Assembly (NCBI GenBank): GCA_051294375.1
Contig: CM119271.1
Location: forward strand, 15,940,770-16,004,769
DNA: 64,000 nucleotides
Origin: Paraspadella gotoi
Taxonomy: Eukaryota; Animalia; Chaetognatha
Direction of reading: 5' to 3'
This document shows, in pieces, positions 62,501 to 64,000 of the stretch (positions within the stretch are counted from its first letter, which is position 1; every line of letters begins with the position of its first letter). The position numbers and the translations under genes were made by a program. The notes below the pieces were generated by a model. It did no database searches. It was given only the letters and a program-made list of their open reading frames with translations, and had not been told where the DNA came from.

Positions 62501-63149
62501 ACCAAAGGACAAGGGACGACGGCGAAACCGCAGGAGCATCAGTTCTACATGAGATTCGGTCCCGTCGTCGCTCGGACGCTGGAAAAGACGGAGAGAGAAA
62601 ACGGATTCATTTATCACCAGAAGGTGCGGGACTGTGCGAGACTGTGCGAGGCTGTGTGGGAAGAGAATTTCACGGGGATCTTGGTACCCCTTCCCTTCTT
62701 TACCCCTTCCCTTCTTTACCACATTCTCCTCTTTACCACCTTGACATCTTTACCCCCTTCACATCTTTACCCCCTTCCCCTCTTTTCCCCCTTCCCCTCT
62801 TTATCCCCTTCCCCCCTTTACCCATTCTCCCTCCTCCTCTTAACCCCTTATCTATTCCCCCTTTTCATCCCATTCTCCTCCCACCTCCCCTTTTTCCCAG
62901 GTCCCCGACAAACCCAACGAGTTAGAGTTAAAAGCGACGTACGGCCTGGCCTCGCCCGAGGAGATGGTTCTGCCGGAGATGAACGGTCAGTGGACGGACG
63001 AGACTTACCGCGCCTTCGACCTCACCCTCAACAAGGTCGACCCCAAAGAGAAGAAGAAGAGAGAGAAGGAGGAGCGGGGCCCCTTGCCGCCGGTCAAGGA
63101 GGCGGAGATCCCTCAGTCCATGCGTCAGTCTGTCTGTTCCGTCATGTGA
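59550..63149 (+). CDS. BROX: BRO1 domain-containing protein BROX, ~421 aa, 8 exons (59550-59649, 59735-59863, 61203-61293, 61407-61602, 61820-61927, 61999-62244, 62477-62623, 62901-63149)
   Basis: [71 protein letters not shown]-terminal CaaX (CSVM). Confidence 0.96.
60220..60890. mobile_element. Tc1/mariner-type MITE in BROX intron 2
   Basis: TA|CAGAAGGCTTCATATTATAAAATGTGGTACCCCTTTTTTGTGACCAGA is mirrored at the right end ..AAGCCTTCTG|TA (~48-bp TIR). A second internal inverted pair is AAATGGAACTATCGAGGCGAATTTT. Confidence 0.88.
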
Positions 63150-64000
63150 AGGGGGAGAAGGAATGATCCATTGTGTATTTTTTTAATTATTTACGGTTTT
63201 AGAAAAGGAAAGACGAAAGAGAAAATAATTTAATTTAATTTAATGTATGCAATAATATATAATGTATTAGTTTTATAAAATTAAAATGTATATAATATAA
63301 TGTAATGTATTATTTTTATAAAATTAAAATGTTGAAGTCCCAAGGAAATTGGTTTTATTAGAGGTCAAAAGAATTTACTCTTTCGTTTTTCGTGTGTTCA
63401 CCGATAGGTATTGCTACTTTTTTTCCTAAAAATTGTAAATTGAAATCCAAAATTTCTAATTTTTTTGGGGGGGAAAGTGAATCGCAATGATCTAACAAAA
63501 TGCTCTTCTTATTTTTGGTGCATGAAATTTTGCCACTTTTTCCTCCAATTTAAGGCCACTAGATTTTGCCCACCCCCCCCCCAAATATATTTTTATTAGG
63601 GAAGTTTACTATTTATATAAAAATTGTTTTCCCCTCAAAGAAAATAGTTGTGTGCCATATGATAAAATATTCCATTGTGCATTCCATTGAGTATGTAACG
63701 GTGTACCATTGGAGCTCAGATACAGGATATTGGAATGTTAACCTTTTCATTTTGAATAATATGTATGTACCCCCCCCAATTTCTTTTTAAATTTGCTGAA
63801 ATTTCTGTTTAACAATTGATAGAAAAAAATTTGCGGTATTAAAATTTAAATAACAAATTTAAATATACATACATTAACGAGATTTTTTTTTATCTCGTTA
63901 AATCGGTATTCCATTGTAATATTTTTACTTAAACGATAAAATCGAAATTCGTATTTCGATAATCTTATTTTATATTATGACAAACGTTAAATGGTTTTAT

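Noticed and set aside
62690-62900. Long pyrimidine/C-rich ORF (62549-63166)
   Set aside because: It is BROX intron 7, a low-complexity polypyrimidine tract bounded by canonical GT..AG.

Overview
AT-rich animal (invertebrate-type) genomic DNA in two regimes. Positions 1-29 kb are dense with transposons: DINE-1/HINE-like non-autonomous Helentron copies, hAT-type and Tc1/mariner-type MITEs, and Penelope-like pLTR fragments carrying minimal hammerhead ribozymes. This part also holds a small MS4A/CD20-like gene and the first exon of CBP/p300. From 20.4 to 63.1 kb, ten genes lie on the + strand: CBP/p300 (only one coding intron, 6.7-kb second exon), SmD3, a C-terminally truncated PACS, CNOT9, WDR20, COX7A2L-like, MRPL23, MTRFR/C12orf65, an RNF212/Zip3-like RING gene and BROX. 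Stop-to-start spacers are as short as 92 bp, and splice-acceptor-like sites upstream of several ATGs suggest an operon-like, possibly SL trans-spliced, cluster. Other notable items: hammerhead-bearing palindromic insertions, a CBP intron that is almost entirely one nested transposon stack, three MITEs stacked on one 8-bp target, and a highly structured ~250-bp repeat. Gene models were derived by hand from splice signals, frame continuity and remembered family motifs; no database search was run.
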